Numbered from the stretch's first letter, positions 39,945 through 50,866 are shown. The stretch is DNA of 59,633 nt from a virus (IMGVR_UViG_3300032318_000568:1-59633); one strand, 5' to 3'. Numbers and translations: made by a program. The notes: a model not told the origin generated them from the sequence alone.

Positions 39945-40921
39945 AAAGAGTTCTCGTTACAGGTTCAGAAGGCAGTCTGATGCAATCAGTTATTCCTAAA
40001 CTGATTGCTAAAGGGCATAACGTAAGTGGTGTAGACAATCTTGTGAGATATGGTAAAAGACCTGGTCATGCACAAGGATACACATTCTATAAAGGTGATT
40101 TGTCAGACTACTCTTATGTCTTAGGCCTTTTTGATAAGATAAGACCACATTATGTTATTCAAGCCGCAGCCAGAATTTATGGTGTTGGTGGTTTCAATGC
40201 ACATTGCGCTGATATTCTCGGTAATGACGTTGCCTTGCATTCTAATATTTTAAAGGCTTCTGTTGAGAATAAAGTTCAACGTGTTGTTTACATTTCATCA
40301 AGTATGGTATATGAAACTTGTTATCAGGGGTTAGATGAGGCTGTTCAAGAGTTTCAGCCTGATACATCGATTGTTCCTTACACAGACTATGGACTATCTA
40401 AGTTGGTTGGTGAAAGATTATCGAAGTCTTATCAGAGACAGTACGGTCTAGACTATACAATCTGGCGCCCATTTAATATCATCACACCATATGAAAAAGT
40501 CACAACAGAAGAGATTGGTGTGTCTCATGTGTTTGCAGATTTCATCAAGAACATTGTAGAGAAGAAGATGAATCCTTTACCTATCATTGGTAACGGTGAA
40601 CAGATTCGATGCTTCACATGGATTGATGAAGTTGCTAGTGCCATTGCTGATTATTCTTTCAGAGATAGCACAAAAAATGATATATATAATCTAGGTAACC
40701 CAGAACCTGTCTCAATGAAGGAACTGGCTAATCTGATATATAAAGTTGCTGTTGAAATGAAAGTTCTACCAGAGGGTAAACTTAATTTTGAAACAGTAGC
40801 AGAATACCAAGACGATGTTCGTATTCGACTACCTGATGTGACGAAGGCTAAAAATCTAGGTTGGGAAGCGAAACAAAAAGTTGAAGAAAGCATACGGGAA
40901 TGTCTAGCTCATTTTGCGTAA
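39941..40921 (+). CDS. NAD-dependent epimerase/dehydratase
   Basis: VLVTGSEG, ISSSMVY, YGLSK, RPFN, GNGEQIRCFTWI. Confidence 0.92.
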   Translation: MKRVLVTGSEGSLMQSVIPKLIAKGHNVSGVDNLVRYGKRPGHAQGYTFYKGDLSDYSYVLGLFDKIRPHYVIQAAARIYGVGGFNAHCADILGNDVALHSNILKASVENKVQRVVYISSSMVYETCYQGLDEAVQEFQPDTSIVPYTDYGLSKLVGERLSKSYQRQYGLDYTIWRPFNIITPYEKVTTEEIGVSHVFADFIKNIVEKKMNPLPIIGNGEQIRCFTWIDEVASAIADYSFRDSTKNDIYNLGNPEPVSMKELANLIYKVAVEMKVLPEGKLNFETVAEYQDDVRIRLPDVTKAKNLGWEAKQKVEESIRECLAHFA

Positions 40922-41115
40922 GTATATGTGAGTATGAAGATTATAATGCAGAACCAAAAGTATGTAAAGGTTGCGGAAGAACATCAGAAGAAATTACAGA
41001 GTGGTTCTACGCATCAGAAGAGCGTAAGCGTGAAATCGTTAAATCGATTCGTAAACGCAATAAAGAACGTAAGTCAGTGAAAAGTTTAACAAGTGAAAAG
41101 GAGACTAAACAATGA
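40900..41115 (+). CDS. DUF1289-like Cys-rich small protein
   Basis: S.CVSIC...CKGCGRT.EEI.EW pattern. Confidence 0.75.
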   Translation: MSSSFCVSICEYEDYNAEPKVCKGCGRTSEEITEWFYASEERKREIVKSIRKRNKERKSVKSLTSEKETKQ

Positions 41116-41285
41116 GCATATTAACTAAGTTTTTGGATTGGGTATATGGAACTACACCTTCTAAGCCAGAAACAAACAAAGTTTCAACTGTAGTTAAAAC
41201 TGCAACACCAGTTAGTAAAGCAAAGAAGCCTACTGCTAAAAAGACTACTAATAGAAAGAAGTCTGCGCCAAAGACTAAGAGGTGA
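41112..41285 (+). CDS. Small basic protein (57 aa), not in ORF track
   Basis: SD AAGGAG; MSILTKFLDWVYG followed by Lys/Thr/Pro-rich tail. Confidence 0.6.
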   Translation: MSILTKFLDWVYGTTPSKPETNKVSTVVKTATPVSKAKKPTAKKTTNRKKSAPKTKR

Positions 41286-41424
41286 AAACTTTCTTGATTA
41301 CGGGAGCCAGTGGTTACATTGGCTCCCACGCAACTTATCAACTAAAGAAAACATATCCAAAAATGTCTTGCAATTCCAACCAAAGCATGATATAGTATCT
41401 GTAGTTGAATCGATGAAGGACTAA
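41282..41424 (+). pseudogene. galE: Internally deleted GalE-like epimerase remnant
   Basis: Frame A MKTFLITGASGYIGSHATYQLKKTYP (GxxGxxG); second frame KNVLQFQPKHDIVSVVESMKD* resembles an epimerase C-terminus. Confidence 0.7.
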
Positions 41425-41432
41425 ATACAAAC

Positions 41433-41506
41433 GCGGGTATGGTATAAAGATTGTGCCTCAGGTTTCCAACCTGATGATATCGGTTTGAGTCCGATTGCCC
41501 GCTCCA
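41433..41506 (+). tRNA. tRNA-Gly(TCC)
   Basis: Cloverleaf, TCAGG-TTTCCAA-CCTGA, 3' TCCA. Confidence 0.85.
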
Positions 41507-41522
41507 ATCTTTGAGGTATATT

Positions 41523-41756
41523 ATGAATACGATTTGGGTTCTAATACTTGTCATTCTTAATGCTGACGGCAAAGTTTACACACAGTTAAGTTTTCCACAA
41601 AAGCCAGAATACAACACTGAAAAAAGCTGTAATGAAAACGGGCAACTAATTGCCAACAAAGCGCAGATGGAAATTGGCACAACAAACGGTAAAGTATTTT
41701 TCTATTGCGATGGTGTTCCTCGTTCAGAAATCACAAAGTCTCTTTTCGGAGCTTAA
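41523..41756 (+). CDS. Hypothetical secreted/membrane protein
   Basis: SD GAGG; hydrophobic N-terminus; two Cys. Confidence 0.6.
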   Translation: MNTIWVLILVILNADGKVYTQLSFPQKPEYNTEKSCNENGQLIANKAQMEIGTTNGKVFFYCDGVPRSEITKSLFGA

Positions 41757-41758
41757 TC

Positions 41759-42217
41759 ATGAAGTATATTAAAAAAGCTATTCCAGTTGATGCATGGCAG
41801 ATTGATTTGCTTGAATTGCAACATCAGGGTAACTATCCTGATTGGGTTCATAATGCAATGCAACCTGAATATAAGATTTTTCCCGACATTCATAAGAAGC
41901 ACATCACAATCAAAACTCTCGAAGGTCACATGATAGGCCACGAGGGTGACTATCTCATCAAGGGTGTTAAGGGTGAATTGTATCCTTGCAGAAAAGATAT
42001 CTTTGAAGAAACTTATGAAGCGTATGAAGAGAAACCTATTCATTGGAAAGGTGGCAAAATTGAAACTATTCGTGTAGTTGAAAACGAAGATGGTTCTGCT
42101 AACATCATCATGGACATGGATGAAGATGTGAAACAGTTCTTTGCCGCAGAAGGTGTGAAAAGAGTTCTTCGTGATGCTGTTGAAAATCTAGCAGAAAAAG
42201 AAGGCATAAAAATATGA
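41759..42217 (+). CDS. Conserved phage protein (PGDYG-like N-terminal domain)
   Basis: IKTLEG.M...[24 protein letters not shown]. Confidence 0.7.
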   Translation: MKYIKKAIPVDAWQIDLLELQHQGNYPDWVHNAMQPEYKIFPDIHKKHITIKTLEGHMIGHEGDYLIKGVKGELYPCRKDIFEETYEAYEEKPIHWKGGKIETIRVVENEDGSANIIMDMDEDVKQFFAAEGVKRVLRDAVENLAEKEGIKI

Positions 42218-42897
42218 AAGTCTATCTTGGGCCATATCCAAACTGGTGGAATGTTGCACGTTTTCAAAATTGGTACTTGAAGAAACTTCATGGCACCGAA
42301 TACGGTTGGGAAGTTGACGAGAAAGATTACACTCGTCTCGACAAAGTGGTTGATAAAGCACTTGATGGTTGGCAGTTTGTTTTGAATAACACTGTCAACA
42401 AATTTGGTCAGAAGCGTAAAGAAAAGATTGTTATTCATAACTATGATACATGGTCAATGGATAATACTCTTGCGCTCATCATTCTTCCTATGCTTAAGCA
42501 GTTGAAAGAAGATAAGCATGGTGCACCGCTTGTTGATGATAAAGATGTTCCAAAAGAACTTCGCTCAACATCTGCACCTAAAAAGAAGAATGAATGGGAT
42601 ACAGATGATAATCACTTCAAGCGTTGGGATTGGGTAATCAATGAAATGATTTGGGCGTTTGAGCAGAAAGTTGATCCTGATGAAGGCCGCTCAAACTATT
42701 ATGACCCATATAAGCCAAATGAAAAAATTACTTATGTATATACAGTTGAACATAAAACAAAAGAAGAAGAAGAAAACTATAAAGAGTTTTATCGCAATAT
42801 GGGTAAATTCAACAGAACTAAATACAAGAAATACATGGAACGCAAGCAGAAAGCATTTATGCTTTTCGGCAAATATTTTGAGGCATTGTGGGACTAA
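42214..42897 (+). CDS. Conserved hypothetical protein
   Basis: [47 protein letters not shown]. Confidence 0.75.
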   Translation: MKVYLGPYPNWWNVARFQNWYLKKLHGTEYGWEVDEKDYTRLDKVVDKALDGWQFVLNNTVNKFGQKRKEKIVIHNYDTWSMDNTLALIILPMLKQLKEDKHGAPLVDDKDVPKELRSTSAPKKKNEWDTDDNHFKRWDWVINEMIWAFEQKVDPDEGRSNYYDPYKPNEKITYVYTVEHKTKEEEENYKEFYRNMGKFNRTKYKKYMERKQKAFMLFGKYFEALWD

Positions 42898-43292
42898 TGG
42901 AAAGAGACACAGAAGATTATATCATGCAACTTGAAAAAAGATTAGTCTTACTTGAAGGGCGTGTAGCCATGCTTGAAGCGAGACTTGCTGGTGTGACTCC
43001 TGTACCTACTAGACCTGTTACACCAACATTGCAACAGAATTGCCCCGTATGCGGTGTAACATTCATCGACTCTCTCGGCAGACTTATTCCATTAGGTTAT
43101 GCATGTGGTCGTCTAAATTGTCCAACGACTGCAAAAGTTACAGGATTAAAAAACTACGAAACTGTATGGGCTGATAATACAACACCCGATTTAGAACCAC
43201 ATTTGAAATCAATTGATATTCAATGGAATATCGGTGGTAGCACAACATCATACACTTGGGATCCTATTAAGCAGGGTAATAATAAGATATGA
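42897..43292 (+). CDS. Hypothetical protein
   Basis: Coiled-coil N-terminus, CxxC...CxxxxC. Confidence 0.55.
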   Translation: MERDTEDYIMQLEKRLVLLEGRVAMLEARLAGVTPVPTRPVTPTLQQNCPVCGVTFIDSLGRLIPLGYACGRLNCPTTAKVTGLKNYETVWADNTTPDLEPHLKSIDIQWNIGGSTTSYTWDPIKQGNNKI

Positions 43293-43564
43293 TACAGTGT
43301 AATACCTGTAAAAAAGAATACACCGCTATATGGGAAGTATTTGAAGGCAGTAAAACTCAAGCCTTCGGTTGTGCATCTGAAATATATAGTATAGAAGGCG
43401 ACCACTATCTTGTTGGTCATTACGGTTCTAGAGTGGCTGATATGCGTAGATACTTCGTTAGAGATGATGCCTATTTTTCCCTCGGTATCATTTGTGATGA
43501 ATGTATTACTAAATTGAACAATGAGGGAAAATTAGATTTGATTGAAGATGGAGTTTGGTCGTGA
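43289..43564 (+). CDS. Hypothetical Zn-finger-like protein
   Basis: CNTC...CDEC; coupled ORF. Confidence 0.6.
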   Translation: MIQCNTCKKEYTAIWEVFEGSKTQAFGCASEIYSIEGDHYLVGHYGSRVADMRRYFVRDDAYFSLGIICDECITKLNNEGKLDLIEDGVWS

Positions 43565-43749
43565 AAGTTATCAAGACTGAATTGAAACAACGAGCATTCG
43601 ATAGCAAGTGGCAACTTCTTGGTTTGATTATGGACCACGATAATGCTTACACATACACCACAGAAAGTGGTGCAAAGGTCTCTCTCGTTCCTGAGAAGTG
43701 GATTACTTTAGGCGTTTATGATTATCTCATGGAGATTGAAGATGACTGA
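43561..43749 (+). CDS. Hypothetical protein
   Basis: SD GGAG before GTG; fills operon. Confidence 0.5.
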   Translation: MKVIKTELKQRAFDSKWQLLGLIMDHDNAYTYTTESGAKVSLVPEKWITLGVYDYLMEIEDD

Positions 43750-44056
43750 TAACATTCATATTTTGAAACTTGTCACTGGCGAAGAAATTCTCGCTGAGAT
43801 TGTGTCAAGTGTAATTGGTGGTGATATCATCATCAAGAATCCTGTTCGCATTGTTGTAATACCTAATAAATTAGATCCTAAGACACCTAATGTTGGGTTT
43901 GCTCCATGGATGGAATTTTCTGTTCAGAAGAATATCACGATTGACAGCAGACATATCATTGCAAAAGCTGAACCAATCAAAGAGTTCATTGAACAATACA
44001 ATATGATGTTCTCAAATATTGTTGTGCCTCAGAACAAACTTATTTTACCATCGTAA
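43742..44056 (+). CDS. Conserved hypothetical protein (possible Sm-like fold) upstream of polymerase
   Basis: ILKLVTGEEILA, IKNP, GFAPW, YNMMFS.IVVP. Confidence 0.7.
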   Translation: MTDNIHILKLVTGEEILAEIVSSVIGGDIIIKNPVRIVVIPNKLDPKTPNVGFAPWMEFSVQKNITIDSRHIIAKAEPIKEFIEQYNMMFSNIVVPQNKLILPS

Positions 44057-44121
44057 ATCTTATTTACTTTCTCTCATAGTTGTGCTATTATGTATTTCCA
44101 ATCAAACAGTAGGTATGGAAA

Positions 44122-46686
44122 TTGTCCGCATTTTATACAAACGTCCAAGTTTATGGTTCAAGAATTTTGTATCGTGGTATTGCAGGCGGCTACATGACAG
44201 GCACACACGAGAAGAAAAGAATAGATTATAATCCAACTCTGTATGTAAACTCTAAGAAGCCAACAAACTTCACAACAATTCATGGCGAGTATGTTTCTGA
44301 GATTAAACCAGGAAACATCAAAGATACTAGAGATTTTGTTAATCAATACGAAGGCGTAGAAGGTTTCAATATCTATGGTAATCTTCGCCATGAATACAGT
44401 TTCATATCTGAAAACTTTTCAGATGATATCGATTGGGACATTACAAAAATCAATGTTGCAAACATCGATATCGAAGTTGGTAGCGAGAATGGTTTTCCTG
44501 AACCAGACCGTGCAGATGAACCTATCACAGCTATCACTGTAAAGACTCGTAAGGGTTTTACAGTGTTTGGTTGTGGCATATTTCAAAACGACAGAAACGA
44601 TGTGACTTATTATAAGTGTCGTGATGAGATAGACCTCATCAAGAGATTTATTGATGAATGGTCTGGCAATAGCAATTATCCAGATATCATTACAGGTTGG
44701 AACGTAAAACTTTTCGATATTCCATATCTTGTCAATCGCATCACAAAACTTCTTGGCGAACAAGAAGCGAAGAGACTTTCGCCTTGGGGTGTTATCAATG
44801 AACGTAATGTCAATCTTGATATGGGGCGTCAGTTCAAAACATATAATCTACTTGGTATTTCGATGCTAGATTATATCGACCTATACAAAAAGTATGCACC
44901 AGAAGGCAAGTCTCAAGAATCATATAAACTCGACAGCATCGGTGCGGCTGAAGGTGTTGGACGTAAGCTGTCATATGATGAACACGAAAATCTGCACCAG
45001 TTGTATAAACTCGATTATCAGAAGTTTATTGAGTATAACATTCGTGACGTTGAACTTGTTGAATTTCTAGATGATAAACTTAAGCTGATTGAATTGGTTC
45101 TTACTCTTGCATATGACAGCAAGACAAACTATGAAGATGCTTTCACACAGGTTCGCATGTGGGATATTCTTATCTTCAATGAACTTAAGAAACGCAATAT
45201 CGTAATTCCTCAAAACAGCAAGAACAGAAAAGACAGTATGTTTGAGGGCGCATTTGTCAAAGACCCTCTTATTGGTATGCATAACTGGGTTGCATCATTT
45301 GACTTGAACTCTCTGTATCCACATTTGATTATGCAATACAACATTTCACCTGAAACTTTCTTGGAACCAGAAAACTATGACGATACTCACAATTCTATTA
45401 TCCATAATCGGGTCTCTGTTGATAGCTTACTTGCTAGGCGGAATGATTTATCGGGGCTGAAAGACCACACACTGACACCAAACGGGCAGTTCTTCTCTAC
45501 AAAGAAACAGGGCTTTCTTCCTAAAATGATGGAAGATATGTATAATGACCGTTCTGCATATAAGAAGAAAGCGATTGCAGCCAAGAAAGAACTTGAAACT
45601 GAAACAGATCCAGATAAGAGATTTGAGATTGAAAAACGTATTTCACGATATAACAACCTTCAACTCGCTAAGAAAGTTTGTTTGAACTCAGCTTACGGTG
45701 CTTTGGGTAATGAGTTCTTTCGTTTCTTTGATATTCGTCATGCAACAGCAATCACAACAGCCGGTCAGTTATCCATTCGTTGGATTGAAAAACACATGAA
45801 CGAGTATCTAAATAAGATACTGAAAACTGAAAACGAGGATTACGTAATTGCGTGTGATACTGATTCGATGTACCTTACTCTTGATAAACTGGTCAACAAG
45901 ACTATTGTTGCTCAGAATCCCGATGCTGACACAAAACAAATTATCGCCTACCTTGACAAGGTCTGTGAGCATAAGTTGCAACAAGTTATTGACGAAAGTT
46001 ACCAATCTCTTGCTGGATATGTTAATGCTTTTACTCAAAAAATGATAATGAAGCGTGAAGCCTTGGCTGACAAAGCAATTTGGACAGCTAAGAAACGCTA
46101 TATCATGAACGTGTATAATAACGAAGGTGTTGAGTATGCAAAACCAAAAATTAAAGTTATGGGTCTTGAAATGGTCAAATCATCAACACCCGCGGCTTGT
46201 CGCATCAAACTTAAAGAGTCTATCGATGTTATCTTTAACGGAATGGAAGCCGATGTTATCAAGTTCATCGACGACTTTCGTGTAGAGTTCTCACAACTTC
46301 CAGCAGAAGAAATCTCGTTCCCTCGTGGTGTGAATGGGCTAGATAAGTTTGGAGATTCTAAAACTGTTTTTGGTAAAGGCACACCTATTCATGTGAGAGG
46401 TGCTTTGCTCTATAACAATCTTCTCAAGATGAAGAAACTTTCAAAGAAATATCAAGCTATCAAAGAAGGTGAGAAGATTAAGTTTTTGTATCTCAAAGAG
46501 CCTAATACAATTCAATCGAACATCATATCTTTTCCAAACGCTTTGCCAAAAGAGTTTGATTTGCACCAATACATCGACCATAATACACAATTCGACAAAT
46601 CGTTTCTAGAACCGTTGAAAATCATTCTTGATAGTATTGGTTGGAAAACAGAACATGTAAATTCACTGGAATCTTTTTTCTCGTAA
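44122..46686 (+). CDS. gp43: Family B DNA polymerase
   Basis: DIEV exonuclease, GWN..FDIPY, SFDLNSLYPH, K...NSAYG, ACDTDS, KKRY. Confidence 0.99.
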   Translation: MSAFYTNVQVYGSRILYRGIAGGYMTGTHEKKRIDYNPTLYVNSKKPTNFTTIHGEYVSEIKPGNIKDTRDFVNQYEGVEGFNIYGNLRHEYSFISENFSDDIDWDITKINVANIDIEVGSENGFPEPDRADEPITAITVKTRKGFTVFGCGIFQNDRNDVTYYKCRDEIDLIKRFIDEWSGNSNYPDIITGWNVKLFDIPYLVNRITKLLGEQEAKRLSPWGVINERNVNLDMGRQFKTYNLLGISMLDYIDLYKKYAPEGKSQESYKLDSIGAAEGVGRKLSYDEHENLHQLYKLDYQKFIEYNIRDVELVEFLDDKLKLIELVLTLAYDSKTNYEDAFTQVRMWDILIFNELKKRNIVIPQNSKNRKDSMFEGAFVKDPLIGMHNWVASFDLNSLYPHLIMQYNISPETFLEPENYDDTHNSIIHNRVSVDSLLARRNDLSGLKDHTLTPNGQFFSTKKQGFLPKMMEDMYNDRSAYKKKAIAAKKELETETDPDKRFEIEKRISRYNNLQLAKKVCLNSAYGALGNEFFRFFDIRHATAITTAGQLSIRWIEKHMNEYLNKILKTENEDYVIACDTDSMYLTLDKLVNKTIVAQNPDADTKQIIAYLDKVCEHKLQQVIDESYQSLAGYVNAFTQKMIMKREALADKAIWTAKKRYIMNVYNNEGVEYAKPKIKVMGLEMVKSSTPAACRIKLKESIDVIFNGMEADVIKFIDDFRVEFSQLPAEEISFPRGVNGLDKFGDSKTVFGKGTPIHVRGALLYNNLLKMKKLSKKYQAIKEGEKIKFLYLKEPNTIQSNIISFPNALPKEFDLHQYIDHNTQFDKSFLEPLKIILDSIGWKTEHVNSLESFFS

Positions 46687-46740
46687 CATATATACTCATG
46701 CCAAGGAGATTCTTGGTAATCACATAATAAGGAGAATCTT

Positions 46741-47799
46741 ATGTCTAATATGTTTAATAATCTGTTGAAGGAAACAGGTAATGAATACGCAGGAATTGTT
46801 GAGGACGGTATTGAAGCTGGTGACGTTACGGGCTTTATTGGTACCGGTTCTTATTCTCTCAATGCTCTGCTTAGTGGTAGCATCTACGGCGGTATACCTG
46901 CAAATAAAGTCACAGCACTTGCAGGTGAGCCAAGCACAGGTAAAACCTTCTACGCAATCAATATCGTCAGACAATTCCTCAGAGACAACGCAAACGGATT
47001 TGTGTTCTACTTCGAATCCGAATCAGCAATCTCGAAACAAATGCTTACAGACAGGGACGTTGATACAAAGCGAGTGGCTATTGTCCCTGTTGCTACTATA
47101 CAAGAATTTCGCACACAAGCAGTAAAAATTCTTGACAAATATCTTGAGGGTAAAGATGATAGACCTCCAATGATGTTTGTTCTTGATTCTCTCGGCAATC
47201 TTTCAACCGATAAAGAAATGGCAGATATTGCGGATGGTAAAGATACCCGTGATATGACACGAGCGCAATTAGTTCGTGGTGCATTTCGTGTTCTCACTCT
47301 TAAACTTGGTAAAGCTAAAGTTCCTCTCATTGTAACCAATCACGTTTATGATGTTGTTGGCGCATATGTTCCTACAAAGAAGATGGGTGGCGGTTCTGGG
47401 CTTGAATATGCCGCATCAACAATTCTGTTTCTTTCAAAGAAGAAAGACAAGCAACTTGATGATGATGATGGGCGCACAGGTGCAGTCATTACAGCACATA
47501 CCAAGAAAGCTCGTCTGACAATCGAAGATAAGAAAGTTGAAACATGGTTGAACTATGCAGAAGGTCTAGACCAATATTATGGTTTGTTAGATTTGGCTGA
47601 GAAGTTCGGCATCATCAAGAAAGTCTCTACTCGTTATGAATTTCCTACTGGTGAAAAAGCCTTTGAGAGTCAAATCAAGAAAACACCTGAAAAGTATTTC
47701 ACTCAAGATGTTCTTGATGCCATTGACGAAGCGTGTAAGAAAGAATTTCTCTACGGTAAATCAAATGTAGCAGATGAAGAAGTGGAGGATGAAGAATGA
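46741..47799 (+). CDS. uvsX: RecA-like recombinase
   Basis: [34 protein letters not shown]. Confidence 0.97.
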   Translation: MSNMFNNLLKETGNEYAGIVEDGIEAGDVTGFIGTGSYSLNALLSGSIYGGIPANKVTALAGEPSTGKTFYAINIVRQFLRDNANGFVFYFESESAISKQMLTDRDVDTKRVAIVPVATIQEFRTQAVKILDKYLEGKDDRPPMMFVLDSLGNLSTDKEMADIADGKDTRDMTRAQLVRGAFRVLTLKLGKAKVPLIVTNHVYDVVGAYVPTKKMGGGSGLEYAASTILFLSKKKDKQLDDDDGRTGAVITAHTKKARLTIEDKKVETWLNYAEGLDQYYGLLDLAEKFGIIKKVSTRYEFPTGEKAFESQIKKTPEKYFTQDVLDAIDEACKKEFLYGKSNVADEEVEDEE

Positions 47800-48116
47800 T
47801 TTTAGGTGAAGATTTTAAATTTCGTGATGACATGAAAGAAGATACGGTACCCATCGAAATGTTGACAGGACCGTATAAAGGCGTTATACTAAGATACACT
47901 ACAGTTGCTATTCAGGAACAAGAAAACGGTTCTGCTAAACTGAAATTTGATTATGAGTTATATGAAACTGGCGAACACACTATGGTCGGTCTCAGAAAAG
48001 ATGAACGATTTCAGCAACACGCCGGTCTTATATTGAATGCAATGATACTTGAATCTATAGAGGCACCTGATAATGAACTTAGAAAAGACGATCCTGAAGA
48101 ATTTGTTGAAGAATGA
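47796..48116 (+). CDS. gp40: Head vertex assembly chaperone gp40-like
   Basis: Position between uvsX and gp41; [10 protein letters not shown]...LKFDYE. Confidence 0.6.
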   Translation: MILGEDFKFRDDMKEDTVPIEMLTGPYKGVILRYTTVAIQEQENGSAKLKFDYELYETGEHTMVGLRKDERFQQHAGLILNAMILESIEAPDNELRKDDPEEFVEE

Positions 48117-49467
48117 AAACTTTGTTCGCAAAGTTCTTCCCTTTCTAAAGGATGAGTATTTCACATCAGAAGAAGATAGAGTCCTGTACCGCGAGGTGCG
48201 GGACTTTATTCTCAAATACAATAAACCACCCACATTCGATGCACTTGAAATCGAAGTCGATAATCTTGCAATTAAAGATGACCAAATAAAAGTCATCAAG
48301 CAAACAATCACAGACTTAAAGAATGATAATGTAGATACCAACATCGATTGGCTTACTGACAACACTGAAAAGTTCTGTCAAGAGAAAGCCATCTATCATG
48401 CCATCATGAAATCTATTGAAGTGATGAATGATAAGAATAATACTGGTGGTCTGACAAAGGGTGCTATTCCAAAGTTATTGTCCGATGCACTATCTGTATC
48501 ATTTGACCCAAATGTTGGGCATGACTATCTTGAACAGTATGAAGATAGATATGAGTATTATCACAGAGTTCAAGAAAAGATTCCATTTGATTTGAAATTC
48601 TTTAATAAGATTACAAACAATGGTCTACCTAAAAAGACACTGAACATCGCTCTTGCTGGCACTGGTGTCGGTAAGTCTTTGTTCATGTGTCATATGGCAG
48701 CCGCTTGTCTCAATCAAGGCAAGAATGTTTTGTATATAACTCTTGAATTAGCCGAAGAAGAAGTTGCAAAGCGTATCGATGCCAATCTTATGAACATTAC
48801 ATTTGATGACTTGATGCAATTGCCTAAGATGATGTATGAAAAGAAAGCAGAAACAATCAAATCTAAGACTAATGGCAAACTGATTATCAAAGAATATCCT
48901 ACTGCTGGTGCATCTGCAATCCACTTCAAATCTTTGTTGAATGAATTGAGTTTGAAGAGGTCATTCAAGCCAGATATTATCTTTATCGATTATCTGAATA
49001 TCTGTATGTCATCTCGTGTGAAACAGGGCGGTTCTGTTAATTCATATACCTATATCAAATCTATTGCAGAAGAACTTCGTGGTTTGGCAGTTGAGTTTGA
49101 AGTGCCACTTGTTTCTGCTACACAGACAACAAGAAGTGGTTATTCTAACTCAGATGTTGATTTGACAGATACATCTGAATCGTTTGGTTTGCCTGCAACA
49201 GCCGACTTTATGTTTGCTTTGATATCGACCGAACAACTTGAAGATTTGGGTCAGCTTATGATTAAACAGTTGAAGAATCGTTATAATGATCCGACAACAA
49301 ACAAAAGATTTGTTATTGGTATTGATAGAGCAAAGATGAAGTTATTTGATGTTGAACAATCAGCACAGGATGATTTGATTGATAGTGGGCAACCATCACA
49401 GATAAAACCAATGAACGGTTTCAATAAAAGTAAAACAGATAAGTTCAAACAATTGAAGGTGTCGTGA
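48073..49467 (+). CDS. gp41: Replicative DNA helicase
   Basis: LAGTGVGKS, IIKEYPT, IDYLNIC, AEELRGLAVE, SESFGLPATAD, KQLKNRY. Confidence 0.98.
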   Translation: MNLEKTILKNLLKNENFVRKVLPFLKDEYFTSEEDRVLYREVRDFILKYNKPPTFDALEIEVDNLAIKDDQIKVIKQTITDLKNDNVDTNIDWLTDNTEKFCQEKAIYHAIMKSIEVMNDKNNTGGLTKGAIPKLLSDALSVSFDPNVGHDYLEQYEDRYEYYHRVQEKIPFDLKFFNKITNNGLPKKTLNIALAGTGVGKSLFMCHMAAACLNQGKNVLYITLELAEEEVAKRIDANLMNITFDDLMQLPKMMYEKKAETIKSKTNGKLIIKEYPTAGASAIHFKSLLNELSLKRSFKPDIIFIDYLNICMSSRVKQGGSVNSYTYIKSIAEELRGLAVEFEVPLVSATQTTRSGYSNSDVDLTDTSESFGLPATADFMFALISTEQLEDLGQLMIKQLKNRYNDPTTNKRFVIGIDRAKMKLFDVEQSAQDDLIDSGQPSQIKPMNGFNKSKTDKFKQLKVS

Positions 49468-49679
49468 TGAAAACATATTGCTATCATGAATATTCAGAAG
49501 AAACAAACTATAATATTGTTACAGAAAAAACTGAAAAAGAAATATTTGATGATTATTGGAACCACTGGTATGCAAGAATGATTACCAAATATGGTGAAGG
49601 CGACGAATTGATTACCGAGCAAAATTGTATTTACGATTGGTGCGTGACTCATGGTGCATGGGAGAAAAAGAATGCTTGA
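49464..49679 (+). CDS. Hypothetical protein
   Basis: Coupled ORF; CIYDWCVTHGAW. Confidence 0.6.
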   Translation: MMKTYCYHEYSEETNYNIVTEKTEKEIFDDYWNHWYARMITKYGEGDELITEQNCIYDWCVTHGAWEKKNA

Positions 49680-50184
49680 AGTTTTTGAGAAACATTTAGC
49701 AGACATTGAAATATCCAAGAGATTTGAAAAGGCTAAAACAAAAGAAGAAAAGATTGCAGCCTGCACAAAGTATCTTGAAGATAATGATTTTGAAGTTAGA
49801 ATAAGAGGGCAATACACACATTCTAATCCGGCTGAAAATGTTTATGGTAAGATTAGTGCTGGTGGATTATCTAATCATGGAACATTAACAATAGATGCGA
49901 ATGTTATGCACAACCTTGTTATTGGCGGAATTTCTGGTACTACCATAGTTGACAATACATCGAAGATTGAATATCTAACAGCCAAAAAAAGAGTAACACA
50001 AGAAGAAATAGAAGATGTAAAAGATCCTTTAGATTTTAATTCACGAATTATTGAGGACCTAAGAGAATCAATTAAGAAAGAATTGGATTATAAGATGCGA
50101 AATAATCCAAAGTGTGTAATCAAAGATAAAGACTATTTGACTGGTGACGTTCTATATGCAATCAAAATTGGAGTTGTTCAATGA
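49672..50184 (+). CDS. Hypothetical protein
   Basis: SD GGAG; coupled ORF. Confidence 0.6.
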   Translation: MLEVFEKHLADIEISKRFEKAKTKEEKIAACTKYLEDNDFEVRIRGQYTHSNPAENVYGKISAGGLSNHGTLTIDANVMHNLVIGGISGTTIVDNTSKIEYLTAKKRVTQEEIEDVKDPLDFNSRIIEDLRESIKKELDYKMRNNPKCVIKDKDYLTGDVLYAIKIGVVQ

Positions 50185-50426
50185 AGTATTCTTACATGGC
50201 TATTCAAACAGAAGATAATGATTTTCGTTGGGTGGTTCACGAAACGTCAACTGACCAGATTATCGATACATTCATATTCGAAGATGAAGCACAAGAGTAT
50301 TGTGAGTTCTTGGAAGAGGGTGGTGCGTTTAATGGATTTACGCCTGCATTCATGCTCAATAAAGTTGAGATACCAATGGACATTAATGATATGTTTCAGT
50401 TTGAAATAGCAACTGACTTAGCGTAA
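50181..50426 (+). CDS. Conserved hypothetical protein
   Basis: LEEGGAFNGFTPAFML. Confidence 0.65.
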   Translation: MKYSYMAIQTEDNDFRWVVHETSTDQIIDTFIFEDEAQEYCEFLEEGGAFNGFTPAFMLNKVEIPMDINDMFQFEIATDLA

Positions 50427-50466
50427 GATTTCAATCACATCTATAAGACTATATTCTCGTGGTGCA

Positions 50467-50532
50467 ATGCATTCCGCGCATAGGTGGGTTGCGAAAAAAA
50501 CTCTTGTAATCCGTACCTACCTATACTATATT
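50467..50532 (+). promoter_or_regulatory. Promoter with upstream ATGC-N7-GCAT dyad (copy 2)
   Basis: ATGC-N7-GCATAG-N20-TTGTAA-N17-TATATT. Confidence 0.7.
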
Positions 50533-50562
50533 ATATGTATAGAGAAGAGAGGAATGATTACG

Positions 50563-50727
50563 ATGCGTAAAGAAGATTGGGGTTTCAAAGATTACATTGA
50601 GCAGTTATATGCCCTCAGTGAAATTATAGAAGTTCCTGGTATTCAAGAGGCTCGTGAAGTCTTAATCAAGGAACTTTTTCAGAAGTTTCCTGTTGAATGT
50701 GAAGCACTCGGTCTGAAAGGTAAGTAA
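50563..50727 (+). CDS. Small hypothetical (early-type) protein
   Basis: SD GAGG; first ORF after promoter. Confidence 0.6.
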   Translation: MRKEDWGFKDYIEQLYALSEIIEVPGIQEAREVLIKELFQKFPVECEALGLKGK

Positions 50728-50728
50728 T

Positions 50729-50866
50729 ATGGTCTTTACTGGTCAACCCAATTATGTTCGTCGTAAGTTGCGCGATTTACAAGGTCGTGGTTATGTGATT
50801 GTTCGTTCGCATAAGCACCCTGATGGGTCTGAAACATTCGTTATGGAATACGTAGGGAGAAAGTAA
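50729..50866 (+). CDS. Small hypothetical protein (45 aa), not in ORF track
   Basis: MVFTGQPNYVRRKLRDLQGRGYVIV...; 1-nt gaps to both neighbours. Confidence 0.6.
   Translation: MVFTGQPNYVRRKLRDLQGRGYVIVRSHKHPDGSETFVMEYVGRK

Noticed and set aside
44122-49467. Inteins or introns in gp43, uvsX and gp41
   Set aside because: Lengths are normal and catalytic motifs are contiguous
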